A stretch of DNA of 63,150 nucleotides, counting the filler, from Bigelowiella natans CCMP2755 (taxonomy: Eukaryota; Protista; Cercozoa), in assembly GCA_000320545.1 (NCBI GenBank). It is 4 parts of 4 records of this genome, joined end to end, with 100 filler letters (N's around TTAATTAATTAA, not from the genome) between each part and the next. Parts side by side here need not be neighbours in the genome. Positions count along the whole stretch, not along the records: positions 1 to 12,757 come from ADNK01002565.1; positions 12,858 to 38,641 come from ADNK01002215.1; 2 more parts are not named here. One strand, written 5' to 3'. A program made the translations under genes and the position numbers. Shown here piece after piece: positions 12,218 through 25,379 of this stretch. The notes under the pieces were generated by a model. It had not been told where the DNA came from, made no database searches, and saw only the letters and a list, made by a program, of their open reading frames with translations. Position 1 is the stretch's first letter. Every line of letters starts with the position of its first letter.

Positions 12218-12670
12218 AACACACGCACACAAACACACGTCTATTCTCCGAATTATTTCCTCTTCATCGCTCTGATTAATATATTTATATAATGCACAAA
12301 TATATTATGCTCTTCTTCCACGCTATTATCATCACCAATTCGTCGTCGTTTCCATTACTTGAATCGTTTTACAATCGAGTATCTGCCTTGTTCATCTACC
12401 TTCACGCGGCTAGCATTGTTACCGTTGAAAAATCATCGTCACTTTCCGGGGAAGTTGTTTTATTTAGCCCGTTCATCGTTCCCTTATCGACTTCATCATC
12501 ATCATCATCATCATCATCTTTGTCTTCTTCTTCTTCTTCTTCTTCTTCTTCTTCTTCTTCTTCTTCTGCATCGTGCAAATGGCGAGCAGGTACCTCGTGC
12601 CTTTCACCTCGAGATCTGGGTACAAGTACCGCATGGCTGCCTGGAAGGTGCTCCTCCGTGAGCGTAAGCA
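9776..12670 (+). CDS. Aldo-keto reductase, 3' end lost in assembly gap
   Basis: Exons give IPQI|GLGTAGTF...SALK|HGYRHIDTALLYGNQ...RESGIERENLWVTTKVG...VKLS|LQQLGLSYVDLCL|VHSP...RMAAWKVLLRE, with the AKR catalytic Asp, Tyr, Lys and His. A putative hydrophobic N-terminus MRIDLGLFIQVFSLAL starts at 9776 (tentative). Confidence 0.88.
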
Positions 12671-12757
12671 TGCGTGAATGAGGCAAAATAATAATGTCGG
12701 CAAATTGGATTGCAGATGGGGTGAGGGGAGGGAGGGGGGGAGGGGGGGGGGGGGGGG

Positions 12758-12857
12758 NNNNNNNNNNNNNNNNNNNNNNNNNNNNNNNNNNNNNNNNNNN
12801 NTTAATTAATTAANNNNNNNNNNNNNNNNNNNNNNNNNNNNNNNNNNNNNNNNNNNN
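12758..12857. other. Assembly gap with artificial linker
   Basis: 44 N + TTAATTAATTAA + 44 N; the linker gives stops in all six frames. Confidence 0.97.
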
Positions 12858-14456
12858 CTGCCAATGGCCATCCCCCCCACGATGACCTCACATATGATTC
12901 GGCTACTGCTGCTGCTGCTGCTGCTTCCCACACTTCCAATATGCTCTAGTACTTGGCGGAACACCTTAATGAATTCCATTCAATTCTACTATCACTAGAT
13001 AGTGGCTCCCCTCAATGGCATGGCAGAGAAAGGAACGAGAGGGGGGGGGGGGGGGGCGAGACAGAAGATGCACAATTCACAAAGTCTCTTCTATTATTCT
13101 CACATTATGAATTTGCATTGCCAAGTCCCTTGTGGGGGCTAATATAAGAGCAGACAGCGGCCTATCTTGGCCTCCTGAGGCATCTTCTTGTCGCGACTCC
13201 ATAACTCGTAGGATACGATGTAGGATGGGCAGTGCAAAGGCCAGCGTCTTCCCTGCCATGCATTACATACATATGTGGATTTTCCGACTTTTTACATGCA
13301 CGCATTTGCCATGCGAATGCTGCACGGTGTTCGCATGCGTCGTGGCAGCACACACCTGATCCTGTAGGAGCAGCAGCAATGATATCTTTCCCCCCAGCCC
13401 CCGCTAGTGGAATGCACCTGCAGGTTTTTACGCACGAGAAGGAACAGGATTTCACATTACATATATACACATATAATTTATCTCACCTACTTATTTGTTG
13501 GTACAAAGCACATGCGGAGGGGAAAATAAAGTGCGGTAGTCACAACGCGTTTGCTGCATAGCTCTTCGCAAATAGAGTGATGAAATTCATTAATGTGTTT
13601 CGGATGTGAATAAAGCGCCAATCGTGTGACTTACTCTGATTGGATCGGGGTGGGTTTTGTGAATCCTAGAGCGCACAAGCCACCTGCAATCTGATAGAGA
13701 TAAATGTCGTATACTCAGTTTCATCATTCGCAGCGATCTAAAACTCCATGCAGTAACCTGAGGATGTAGTTTCAACGAAAGCCATTCCTTCGAAGCAACA
13801 CCTGCCTTTTTGCTTCTCACAGTAGTCGCATTAGGGTGCTTGTTCTCTGTGTGGTCATCATTCGTCTCCTTCTCTGTGTGAGTAGTAGTCCCATTCTTGC
13901 TGCTGCTGCTGCTGCTGCTGCTGCCCTTCTTATCGCCTCGATTTTTACGCTGCTTCTTCTTTCGTCTCTTTGTGCTTGGCTCCTGTGTTGCACCATCCCC
14001 TCCCTTTTGCAGCGTTTCCCCTCCGTCTCTGGCAGTTGCGATTATTTCAAATAAGTCCTCGTCGCGGCTAGCCGTGCGTCCATCCTCCGCCATACGTTCG
14101 TCGTCATTTTTTCTAGTTGTTTCTTTCTTGGTGGCGGTGGTAGTTGCAGACGTAGGGAGAGCCGACTTTTTATCCCTTTTCTTTCTCTTGTTATTCTTTT
14201 TTCTGGTCTTATTTTCAGCCGCGATTTTATCGTTCACTTCACTCCCCTTTGTCGTTGCACTTGTTGTTGTTTCTGCCCCCCCCACGTCATCTGATTTTTC
14301 CGGTTTGCTATCTGATCGTCTTCTGGATGGGAAAAAGTCTTTCGCGTCGATTTCCTAGCATAATAGCATCTAGTTGAGTTCTCGTTGAGTTATCTAATTG
14401 AATTCTTATTGAGATACCTCTTTGAATATTCTTTTTGCTTTCTGCTTATATGATGG

Positions 14457-14488
<32 letters not shown>

Positions 14489-14821
14489 TGAGTTCGTGCG
14501 TGCGTGTGACAATCGCATCAACATATGCGCTTAAAAGCAAAAGCGAGTTCGTTCTTCGATCGATTCGTACCTCCAATGACAGCATCCCCTCGAAATTCTC
14601 GCCCATCATTCCGAACTTTTCGCGATCGATTTCAACCTGCGCGTGTGTGGGAGGGCGGAGAGTGTTGCTAAAGTGCCCATGGTTCTACTAGCTAGGTAAA
14701 CGGACATTGCGGATTATATATGGTTTGTAACGATCACCTTCCTCCAACCTAGCGAATCTGTGGGCAGTCCCCCTCCACGGCGCCGCCTTTTCCTCTTCTT
14801 GCTGCTGCTACGGGGAGCCAT
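12858..14821 (-). CDS. DDX24: DEAD-box RNA helicase DDX24/MAK5-like, 5' half (3' half lost in gap)
   Basis: [14 protein letters not shown]...LGWRK|VEID...FEGMLSLE|EID is the MAK5-type N-terminus. It is followed by a Lys-rich spacer, the Q motif ([10 protein letters not shown]), motif I (APTGS|[11 protein letters not shown]), motif Ia ([12 protein letters not shown]) and IVGGMA. Confidence 0.88.
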
Positions 14822-14896
14822 TGTGAGCCGGAGGTTGTGTTGTAACTGTTGGTATTTTTCAATTTTTCAGGAACTATTTTATTGGATATGTAGCCA

Positions 14897-16042
14897 ATGA
14901 AAATGCTCACGGAGTTCGGCCAAGGTACGAGACCGCAGGAAATGATCCAAAAGGAGGGAAACCATTTACGACAAATATAAATTAATTGTCGTCATATCTA
15001 AACTGCATCAAAAAGTGCACTTCGGAAGCAGGAAAAGGTGAAAGATTTTAGAGACTAATTAATCGGATTTACAAGAAGCGACAATCATGTTTCGCAGTCG
15101 CAGAGAACGTTCGATCGTGCGCTTTTAACAAAGATCATGAGAGTTAGAGGTCGCCGCCCCCCACTATAAACATGAACATAACCATACTATTAATCCCTGA
15201 GTACATAGATGCATGTTCTTCGACGTTATTCATCCTAATATTTTTCTGTTTGAACAGAGAAAAAGCAGAAGCGAAGTCATGAAAAGTCCAAGAGGATGGA
15301 CGGTGGGGTTTTAGGCCGAGCTGTTGACGTCTTCGATGTGAAGCTAAAATGGGAATCCCTCGGCATGACTGGCAAACAGCCGGTGGCAAGGTACCTTGCC
15401 ATTGACGAACTTTTCCTCCCCTTCAAGGAATCTATTTATTGATCTTTGCAGCAAACAATTTAAATTCACACGCGACTAAGAAGCATGATTACTATGATGG
15501 AAGGAGCGGCTATGGCTTCATCAAAGCCAAAGACGACTGCTTTGTCATCTTCGGCGGCGTATCCGCCTCCGGATACCTCAACGACGTTTATGCTCTTAGA
15601 ATGGTTCCAAATCCGAGATCTGCAAAATATATAGGTGTGTTGAGTGGTATGGGGGATGGAGGGGGAAGAGGGTTAGGGTTAATTTTCATTACAGTGAAGA
15701 TATTATCATCCTACCAGGTCTATGGAACGAAGTTAAAACTACCGGGGAAGGACCAGAGCCTAGGGTAAAGGATCACAAAAAGATTTAAGTCTTTTGTTGT
15801 GTGTGTGTTGTTGCAGCACGAAATGTGTTAGAAATCTGCTGGAATCGAGATGAAGATATCAATGCTAAAATTGAAATTTGGGAGCGACAAGTGCATGTAT
15901 GCTTATTTCACGGAGCGGAGGAGGATTGCCGTGTTGCAGGACAATCTCGATTGAGAATTCTTGAATCACACATTACCCTGCTGCGTTGTGATTTGGTAGG
16001 CTTATCCGGGCATGGTTCTACTGGAGAATCGATGGGTGTGTC

Positions 16043-16085
<43 letters not shown>

Positions 16086-16320
16086 GTGTATGTGTGCGTG
16101 CGTGTATCGAATGTTTACTGATTTTCCATGACCGTGACCCGAGAAAATATTTGCATTGCGTTGTGATCAACATGTGGTGTGGTGATATTGCATAGCAATC
16201 GTCTCAAAACTGCGACACAGTAACGATACAGTAGCAAAACATCCATGTCATCCTTCTTCATCATCATTCACTTACATCAGAAAGCAAGTAATAACACATA
16301 TCCCTTTTATTCCATATATC

Positions 16321-16356
<36 letters not shown>

Positions 16357-16606
16357 AACAGATTTACGTGTTTGGAGGAGTCTCAAACAACGTTCAATTT
16401 CATAACGATGTGTAAGTCTTCATGCACACACACACGCACACACACAAACACACACACACACACATATACACACATTAACCGTCCCAGAAGAACGTGTTAT
16501 ATATCTTCGATTTTGTTCTTGGATTAAAGGTATGAGCTAGATCTACGAACCTTGAAATGGAGGCGGATTGAAACGTCTAAAGGAGGAGGAGGTGGCAAGG
16601 AAGAAA

Positions 16607-16639
<33 letters not shown>

Positions 16640-17259
16640 GTGATAAACATTATGTCGATGCTACTGATAATAATGTCCGCTGCTAAGAATCACTATGTAT
16701 ATGTCATGGTGAACAAAGTGAGAGGAGGTAAGGGAAGAGAATAGTAAAGACCTAACGAAGCTCTTAAGAACGATAGCACCCTATTCCATCCGCAGCTGGT
16801 GCTTTCGCTGCAAGATGCATCATGTATTCGTCATTTCATGCAACGATTAACATTACCTACCCGAGATATTTGTGCGATACATAAAGCATCATTTGCAGCA
16901 GTGCGATAAGGAGCAGTAAAGAGACACAAACGCGTATATTAATAACAATACACGTATCATCATGTGTACTCTATGCTTTCGTGTACACACACACACGTCG
17001 TGAATGGTCAATATTCTACAGGACCCTCCCCCCCTGGACGATGCGGTAGTAGCGTGTGTCTTTCTGGGAAATTGCTGCTCGTATTCGGTGGATGTGGAGC
17101 GAAGTAAAATAGAATAAAAAACAACACGCGCCGCGCGCGCGCACACACAAACACTCCTACACACATTTGTACATGCATTCATACGTAGAGGGAGAGGAAT
17201 AGAGAGAAGAGGGCAGAGCGAGAGAGAAAGAGAGAGAAGAAATACTCTTTATATTCATA

Positions 17260-17304
<45 letters not shown>

Positions 17305-19261
17305 GTGTGTGCAAAAACATGACCGCAGGTTTTTGTGCCTGTTGCGTGTATCTTTTCGCTGCAGATACTACCAACATGTCAATTCGATTGATTCGCATAT
17401 AACACCTTAGATATGAACACTTCAACGATGTTTGGGCGTTTGATTTATCGTTGCTATCGTGGATTCGTCTCTTTCCGTCGCCCTCCTCTTCCTCTTCCTC
17501 TTCAACGTCATCATTACCGGTAGAGAGCGAACTACGAGATCATGATGCACTTGCAACATAATACACATACTGTGCGAATGGAGTTGTGTCTTCTTCTAAT
17601 AATATGGCGAGTATCTTGGTGCGTTCGTATGCATGCTGATTCGTATATTTACACCCTTGGACCTTCTTATTTTCCCTTCTTCATCTTCTTAGAGCGACAA
17701 TACTTTGTACCCCTCGCCGAGGAGGAATGCTGGGTTGTGTTGTTACGGGAATGATGTATTCATACTCGGAGGCAAAGGCGCCAAAAGGGAGATGTTCAGT
17801 GGTTGTTTTCCAAACGATATCTATATTAGTAACGGCCGACCTGAATGCATTGAAATTGCGGGTTGATGGTTTGCTAACGGAGCGGGCCATGTAGCAGAAA
17901 ACACACCACTTTCTTTTTTTTGGATTTTGAGCTGAAGCATGCTAGATTTTGTCGAGAACAACGGGGGGCGTTTTTCTTCGATATGATGCATTTCGGGGTC
18001 GATTGACTTTCACCAATTTGAGTGTTCTCGTGTTTCACTTGCGTGTACTGAAGAAACACACATGCTCAACTTACTTTGCTTTAACCGAACACACACATTT
18101 CCAACTTCTCTCACTTCAATGCGATGAGCGTTGTCGTGTATTCTATTCTAGCAAGCTTACAACACATTTGCTCCCTTCCGTAGCTGTTTCTATTTGTTAT
18201 TTAGATGCTAGTTACGCACTACTTCGTTTACGTATTTTATTCTATAAACATCTTCGATAAAAGCCAATATTGATGGTATATATCCTCCTCGTTATGTTAT
18301 TGTCGCGCTACTTTTTGTTTGGCATCCTTCTCGCCATCTCCAGATGTGTTTCGTTTCGACGTGTGCAGTGCCAAATGGGAGTTGTTGTCATCGTCTCTGG
18401 TCGAGAACGAAGGATTTGTAGGTGATAATACTGCTGCAAAAAAAAAAAATCGGATTATTTCAGTGAACCAGTAACTGGCTGCGTGCTTTCGCTCTTTCTT
18501 CCATTCTTCCTTGCTTTCTTTCTTTGAGAACAAGAAACAACCAAGAAGTTCTCTTGAGCTCAAGGAGATAGTGACTTCCATCTTTCACCAGCCAATGCAG
18601 TGGGTTTTAATACGCGAGATTTCCATCATATGATAATGCTACGCATGGTATGCGCTGTGCGCTTTGTTGTGGGTGTGTATGCTTTTGTGTTTGTGAGTGT
18701 TTGTGTGTGTGTGCGTGCGTGTATACGTTATCATTTTAGATTGATAGGCTATTGTCACCATCCTTCTCCTCCTCCTCCTCCTCCTCCTCCTCATGATCAG
18801 GATCATTGACTCTCTCATACGGGACCCACATCATTATTCATGGCGGTTTGCTCTCTGCTTCATCGGCGTCTTCTTCTCTCTTCGTGAAGCGACTCGGTGC
18901 TGGACAGAGAGGATAATGCATGATAAATATGACACTAGTAAGATTTTGAGAAGTTCTCGTTCCTTAACAATGTGAAAACCGCCGTGTCGCAAGGCGATTG
19001 GTCTTCGTGTTTCGCTCTAGAGGTGTCTCAGATTAGTGTTAAATTTACTTTTGATTATGAATTATCAAAGGCCCGATAGGGTTTGGCAAAGACAAGTTTA
19101 TCCGGTTTCATTGCGGAGGGGAAAGTGGGAACCTCTCGTCTGTAGCACGTGGGATGCACGGCGGGATTGTTTTGCAACTGCCTTTTATCGACAACCAACG
19201 CACCGAAAAGAAGAATGCAAATAGCACCAGGTTATTACTCTCATTTATTCGAGTATGCGCG

Positions 19262-19311
<50 letters not shown>

Positions 19312-19642
19312 CACTTGGAGAAAGGAAGAGAGAGAGAGAGAGAGAGAGAGAGTATGCACGTCAAGAGAACGAAATGTGTGTGTTAATCGGCATTATGAGT
19401 ATTTATATGGGAGAAGCAAGCTAGCACCAAAAAACTATAATCGAGAGCACTAACAGCCTGCCTTCTTGCATAGTGGTGGAAAGATGATCTCACATAGAAC
19501 AAAGGCTGTTGCGGACTTTAAAGAGCCTGTGCTTGTCGTATTTGGAGGGTCCGATAACAAGCGAGATCTGGGCGATATGCTATTGTTGAGATTAAATTCC
19601 GTATTCTCACATACGGGGAATGCGAATAACAAGGGACACTAA
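14897..19642 (+). CDS. Kelch-repeat beta-propeller protein, multi-exon
   Basis: Kelch exons include WESLGMTGKQPVAR|SGYG..FVIFGGVSASGYLNDVYAL, WNEVKTTGEGPEPR|AYPGM, IYVFGGVSNNVQFHNDV|YELDLRTLKW, HFNDVWAFDLSLLSW and LVVFGGSDNKRDLGDM, with TAA at 19640-19642. Start uncertain (14897-15100). Confidence 0.85.
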
Positions 19643-19669
19643 TATATCGATCACCATTTACTTGGGATG

Positions 19670-20340
19670 TTCCATGCTAGCATGGCTGCAAAATTGCAAG
19701 CGGCATGCGCGTTGCATTGCACGGGAGCGAGTGCATTCAGTCCTCTAGTTCTGGGAGGGCTACCTAGCTGGCATGAGCTAGCTTTGGCCGTGTCATTTCA
19801 TGTGCAAGGAAGTTGCCTGTTCATTGGGGCAAGCGTCATTGGGCATGACCATCTAGCCATGATGGCATGCGCCATGAGCCTTCGCATCATGCATCAATCG
19901 ACATGCTTTGGATGCATCTGCTTGCATGCTTCTGGCGAATGCAACACTTTCACAATTCGCCCAATTGTAAAAGAAGCTGGTCCAGTGATCATCTGTGCGC
20001 ACAGCTAGACAGGCTAGTGGGCAGATGTGCTGCTCTGATTGGATTTGCACAACCTTGATTTGAAACAATGACACCGCGTTTGCAGGTGTCTTGAAGTTCA
20101 TTACCATTTGCTGCGTCTGTTGTGAACAAACCTTTTGTGAACCATGTGAAAAAGCAAAAAGTTTTTTTTTAGAATGGATTTCAGTGATGCATGCGACGGA
20201 CTGCACAGCGCAATGCATCACACACGTGGACAGCAATCGTGCCACTGACCAGCCTTCTAGCTTCTGGCACACTGCAATCTTGATTGCACTCCAATGATTA
20301 GCCGATAAATCGTTGTTTCCTAGTCGCAAGCCGAAAATCC
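19670..20340. other. TpA-depleted, CTAG-sparing island
   Basis: Starts ~30 nt after the Kelch stop; rich in TGCA/CATG; most residual TA are CTAG. Confidence 0.85.
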
Positions 20341-20754
20341 CATGCGTTCAATGATGTTAATTATTTTCAGAAAATGGAAGCGACTACAGTACATCACGAA
20401 CGAGAATTCCTGAGTCCGCTTTCTTCCCGAAATGCATCATTTCCAGGGCATTTTTCAGAAAAGACATGGCAAATTTGATGAAAATATTTATATAAGCTCT
20501 AATTCCTTGTGGTCCCTTCTTCCCGGAAGCTTAGAACCCACGGGCCCCCTCCCACCTACTAGAGTGGATACAAATCAGCCCCAAGGACGATAAAGGATAG
20601 AACTTTTTTCCCGGTATTGTTTTGCCAAGGTATTCAGTTTCCGAGTACGAAATCGAAGAATTGTGGTTAATGACGTATAGTCTAGAGAGAGGGGGGGAGT
20701 GTTCGAGTGTCCTAACTCCTTCTCTAATAGGTCCATATATTCCGCTGAGGAAAA

Positions 20755-20966
20755 ATGCCGCGTCGGAAAAGTAATTATTAAAACATGGAACCACTGCTCC
20801 TAGCACGCACCTCATGACATGATATAGACTAGCTTGAGGCCCGTCACACTTAATTGGATAGCGTGCACAAAAGAACCAGACCTAACTTTAATTATGCGAC
20901 TTTCGTATTCAACACCTATAGTCTTAGAGCCTGATAAGCCGGGACATACAAAATGATGTTGTCGCC

Positions 20967-21029
<63 letters not shown>

Positions 21030-24000
21030 CCCGTAATGGGCTCAGTTCTGTATGTCCTGTTTTGATTATGCCTTATGTTGGCCATGCAGATCGAAATAAA
21101 ACTAGAGCTCCTCCTCCTCCTGACCTTGATAGTCCTTCGCGTGGAGATAGCGAAACTGCTTCAGTTGCCACAGATTTCAGGTTTTTTGGGGAAATAACTG
21201 ACTGCCTGAATACTTTTTCCGATTATGAGAGCGAAGACGAAATTTTTATTGCTCGATTTAACCTTACAGTGAGATACTCTCGAGTGCCAACGAAGCATCC
21301 CTGGAGGTAAAGTAACTTTTTTTTGCGTAGAAGTTTTGAAATTGGATCGGAAGTTGTTTGGTGTGAGTAGTCTTTCCTCCTCTCCCCCCCCCCCCGCCCT
21401 CTCTCTCGTACACACACGCACACACGCACATATGCACACACGCACATATGCACACACGCACATATGCACACATGCACACGCAGATGCACACACAGTGTAG
21501 GTGTATTTGTGTGTTTGTGTTTCTTCTTTATTGTCGGAGCTATATTGAGGCTTATTATTTTTAAAAAAAATAGGACATTGTTAAGGATCTACTTGATGAT
21601 ATGCAGGAAAAGCGAACCTCCACCCGGGTAAAATAGTGCCGAGAGGAGAGTTTTTCATCTGATGTTGCTCTCACGTTATTCATGTGATTCGCATACGCTC
21701 AGTTGAAAGCTCTTAAGAAGGTCTTGAAGATCCTCCAGACGAAGTTTCTTCCGGAAATTTTTGACAGCTGTTTGATCACGCTGCAGAGCTGTGTTTCGAA
21801 TGGTCTCAGGTCGTGTGACAAGATTTGTTGAATCTCGTATATTGAACGTAGGTGCAAATGGGGTGAAGAAGTTTGTTTTAATTGTCTCTCCTTGCTTTCT
21901 TTGTAATGTCACGCATACAATATTTTGCACATAAATGCCCTTAATTTTTCCGAATGATAGATCGAAAGACACAAAAGAAGCTGTTCTGTCCTGCCAGCTG
22001 CTAGGTAGGAGGCGCTCGATTTCCCCAGCTTCCTTACTCCACAATGAAATATTTCATCTCTCGTGTTGTGATTTGTAGCTTTCGATATATGAATGTATGA
22101 TATGGATATGGCATATTGACAGCCAAATGCTGAATAAGATTGATGTATAATTCAAATCGTATTCGTCCGTATAGCGACGTGGCGTGTGAGGATAGAATCA
22201 TTAGTGTTGTTAGTTTCATCGTCAGAACATCTTAAAACGATACAGAAAAACGCCCACCTTATTACCAAACCGTGAATTTCTGATTTACCATCAAACTGCA
22301 TTCTTCACGTTACTGATGATTGTGTTGCTGGGGGCCTCTTTCGATGTTTCGACTTCGCGTTGTCGCTCCTGGCAGGTCTATTGTGTATTACTTTCGGGCA
22401 GGAAAACACGCCTTCTCTCTTCACTTCATACCGCAAGTCTCTTGAAACGGTACTACTCAGTCGTATTAATAGTATTATTAGGAAATGTTAACAATTTTGC
22501 ATCATCATTTTGAAGACGCAGCAAAGTAAGTCAGACATCTGGAATGACAGAAGGAGACATCGATGATGACGGCGGACACACTCACGCACACATATTTAAG
22601 ATTTGGGATATAGTTCCACATAATTTGTAATTGTTATCGTCATATCATTGACTAGCTCTGACCCCTCCCCATCTCCAGATTGGCTCCGATCGCTCAAAGA
22701 ATAGCGTCGTTCGAGGAAGTGCTTTGCGCACCCTTGCAATGATAACGTTTCTAGGTTGCGACGATGCTCAGGCCTTGGAGCAAATCATGGCTCTCAATCA
22801 GGTCATTCATTATCGACAATAGAGACGGAATACGTCAGGAGAAGAAGATGATGATGATGATGCAGACGTAGTGTAGTGATGAAAAGAATACTGATTTCTG
22901 TGATACTGCACAAGAAACTCATAAGGAAACACTGCTCTTCCTTCCCCTCCCAGCCCCTCTACCTATTGCACATTTTTTTTTCCTATTCTAATAGCAACTA
23001 ACAACTCTCGATGGATGATATTCAGAGCATGTTCAAAGCGAGAGATAGCGCGGTGTCCGAAGCTGCGACGTCATCTTGGGGCCTGCTCGCATCAGTCATC
23101 CTCAAATCTACGAAGCAAAGCAATCTGATGAGCAAGTACATAGAAAAAACAGCGCCGCTTCTTCTTGGTAAGCTAAATTTCAGTAGAGCTTTTGATAGCT
23201 GATGATGATGATGATGGTGATGGCAATGGTGGTGGCGGTTGTGATTGTGGTCATCATGTGCTTTGTTGATTGGTGCTTCGATCTATTATGGGATCATTTA
23301 GACACGCTGGACTGCAAAGATGCAGAGACCAAGCAAAACGCAGGTGGGGGGTAGGGGGTATCAAGAACGAAGAACGATTTTGTCTTGAGAAGGCACACAC
23401 ACGCAAAACGCAAATTAGAGGGATGGAGAGGAAAATAGAAGGAGTGGGTATTCATATCATATATGTTGGCACAAATTCCACTCAGCTTCGATTTTGACTG
23501 TGTTATATGATACTTTGTCGAATGACGACTCAGGCCGCGCATTGGCACTCATATCAGAAGCCTGTGCACGGCTGGTACTACATTCAGACAAGAATACTAT
23601 TCCACCATAGCAGCCTACTAGATAATACGCTTCTATATAGTCCTGTATTATCTTGTGATGGTCGTAGTGATAGTGATATGGCTGTTCAATATCGTTTTTG
23701 AAGCCGCTGCGTTTTTGGTTCGCATCATCGGGCTGAATCGAGCGTTTTGCGCAAAATCGATAGCTCTTCTAAACCGTTATCATCGGCACATCACATAGCA
23801 AAAACGGAAAATACCTGCCTTCCCCTTTCCGCCAATCATTTATCCAATCTCATTTATCTTACTTTCATCGTTGTTTGCTGCTGCATATTGCATCGTATCA
23901 TATCATATCAGGAGGGCAAGCTGGAGGAAAAGGACGCTGAGGTGGTAGGAGAGATGATGGATGATATCATTGATAAGTTGGAAGACCTTGCAACAACGAC

Positions 24001-24548
24001 TAATAAATCCCAGAATCGGAAAGAAAAGGCTAGGTAGTAACGACTACTAACGAGTATACATTAGCGTTTCTCTTTCAAAATATTTTCTTCCTTCTTTTCG
24101 TCACTGAACCGCTCATAATTCGTCGTCAATGATCTTTATATTCACTGTCATAATGATGAAAAGAAAATTGATAATGATTGACGATTCGTAAATAAGAAGA
24201 AATTTTCGTGAAGGTTGAATACGATGACCCAAATCTATTTGCGAGTTTTTGGGTTTTGCTTTGTTCTGTCTTCAAATTTATGATGAAAATCTGCGGTAGT
24301 TGGTTTCTAGCTTTGCTCCTTTTTGAATTTTTGTGTACAAATAAAGCATCAAATGGTAAGGAAATAAATGAAGCGCTTAACGCACATTGTAGCATATGTC
24401 TCCGAGGCAAGGATCACTATATTATTCCCCGTAGTTATTCCCTCGGTTTAGAACTGAATTGGATGATCATATGAATAGACAGCGTGCTAGTTTCCGAGAG
24501 TTTCTTGCTTCCGTTCGAGACGGAGAGGAGGTGCTTTGATCAAATCAC

Positions 24549-24581
<33 letters not shown>

Positions 24582-25332
24582 TCACATTTTGAAGTCCGCT
24601 AGAAACCCGATTGAATCCCTTAGATAATTCTTCTTCCGCACTGCTACTACTACTCGTTGTATTTTGATGCAAACGAAACGATTCGCTGATGAGTGGAGGA
24701 TGACATGCTGTATTACCGTCAGGCGCATGAGAGCTTCACGATTGACTCGAACGAGGTTGAGATCGATGGGCTCGCAAAATGCGTGCAATTTGGGGAGTTA
24801 AGGCGATGGATTGGAGTCGGATTCCAAACGCACATCAGGGTATGATCAACAATCCACCCAAAAGATATATTAATAGTTAGTAGCTGCGAATGAATGCGCC
24901 TCCAGGAATTACAAACTGTGTTTGATTTTACGAATGTCTTACCTACTATTACTACTACTACCACTTGAGTGGTAATATAACAGCGTTGTGTTTGTTTCTC
25001 CCCCTCAGGACAATCCGTTGATCAGCGACATGTTCGGGTTTGTGCTTGAAAGCCTTTCGCAGGGCGAAGCGAGAGAAGCCAGAGAGGACAAAATCTACTT
25101 CGCGAAGGTGCACAATCAACGAGGAAAAATAATTCTCAGCTATATGCCGATCATCTTCGCTATCATATATCTTCATTGCAAACTTGTTATCCCTCAACGA
25201 CTCGCATTTGGTGGGATGTTTTTTTTTGTTTGCTTTTAGATTCATTCGCGTGCCAAAAAGGAAAAATATCAAAAAAGGCGCATCAAGAAGACCCAAGCGT
25301 TGGTACGAACGGACGAGGATGTGGAGTACTAG
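20755..25332 (+). CDS. IFRD1: Interferon-related developmental regulator (IFRD) family protein
   Basis: MPRRK|NRNKTRAPPPP; LLDDMQEKRTSTR; RGSALRTLAMITFLG; AATSSWGLLAS; IIDKLEDLATTTNKSQNRKEKAR; IGVGFQTHI..DNPLISDMFG; basic C-terminus ending TDEDVEY*. The motif order follows the IFRD and IFRD_C domains. Confidence 0.82.
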
Positions 25333-25379
25333 TCGAATTACATGCCATAGCGCCTAAATGATCAGTCATAGAAACATGT

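Noticed and set aside
12802-12813. TTAATTAATTAA palindrome repeated three times in the window
   Set aside because: It is always centred in N runs of identical length, so it is an artificial scaffolding linker.
19667-20329. Cys/His/Met-rich ORFs here and at 60322-60851
   Set aside because: They are compositional by-products of TG/CA-rich islands.
21415-21492. 16-nt minisatellite (cacacacgcacatatg)
   Set aside because: It is a degenerate (CA)n-derived intronic repeat without spacers, not CRISPR-like.
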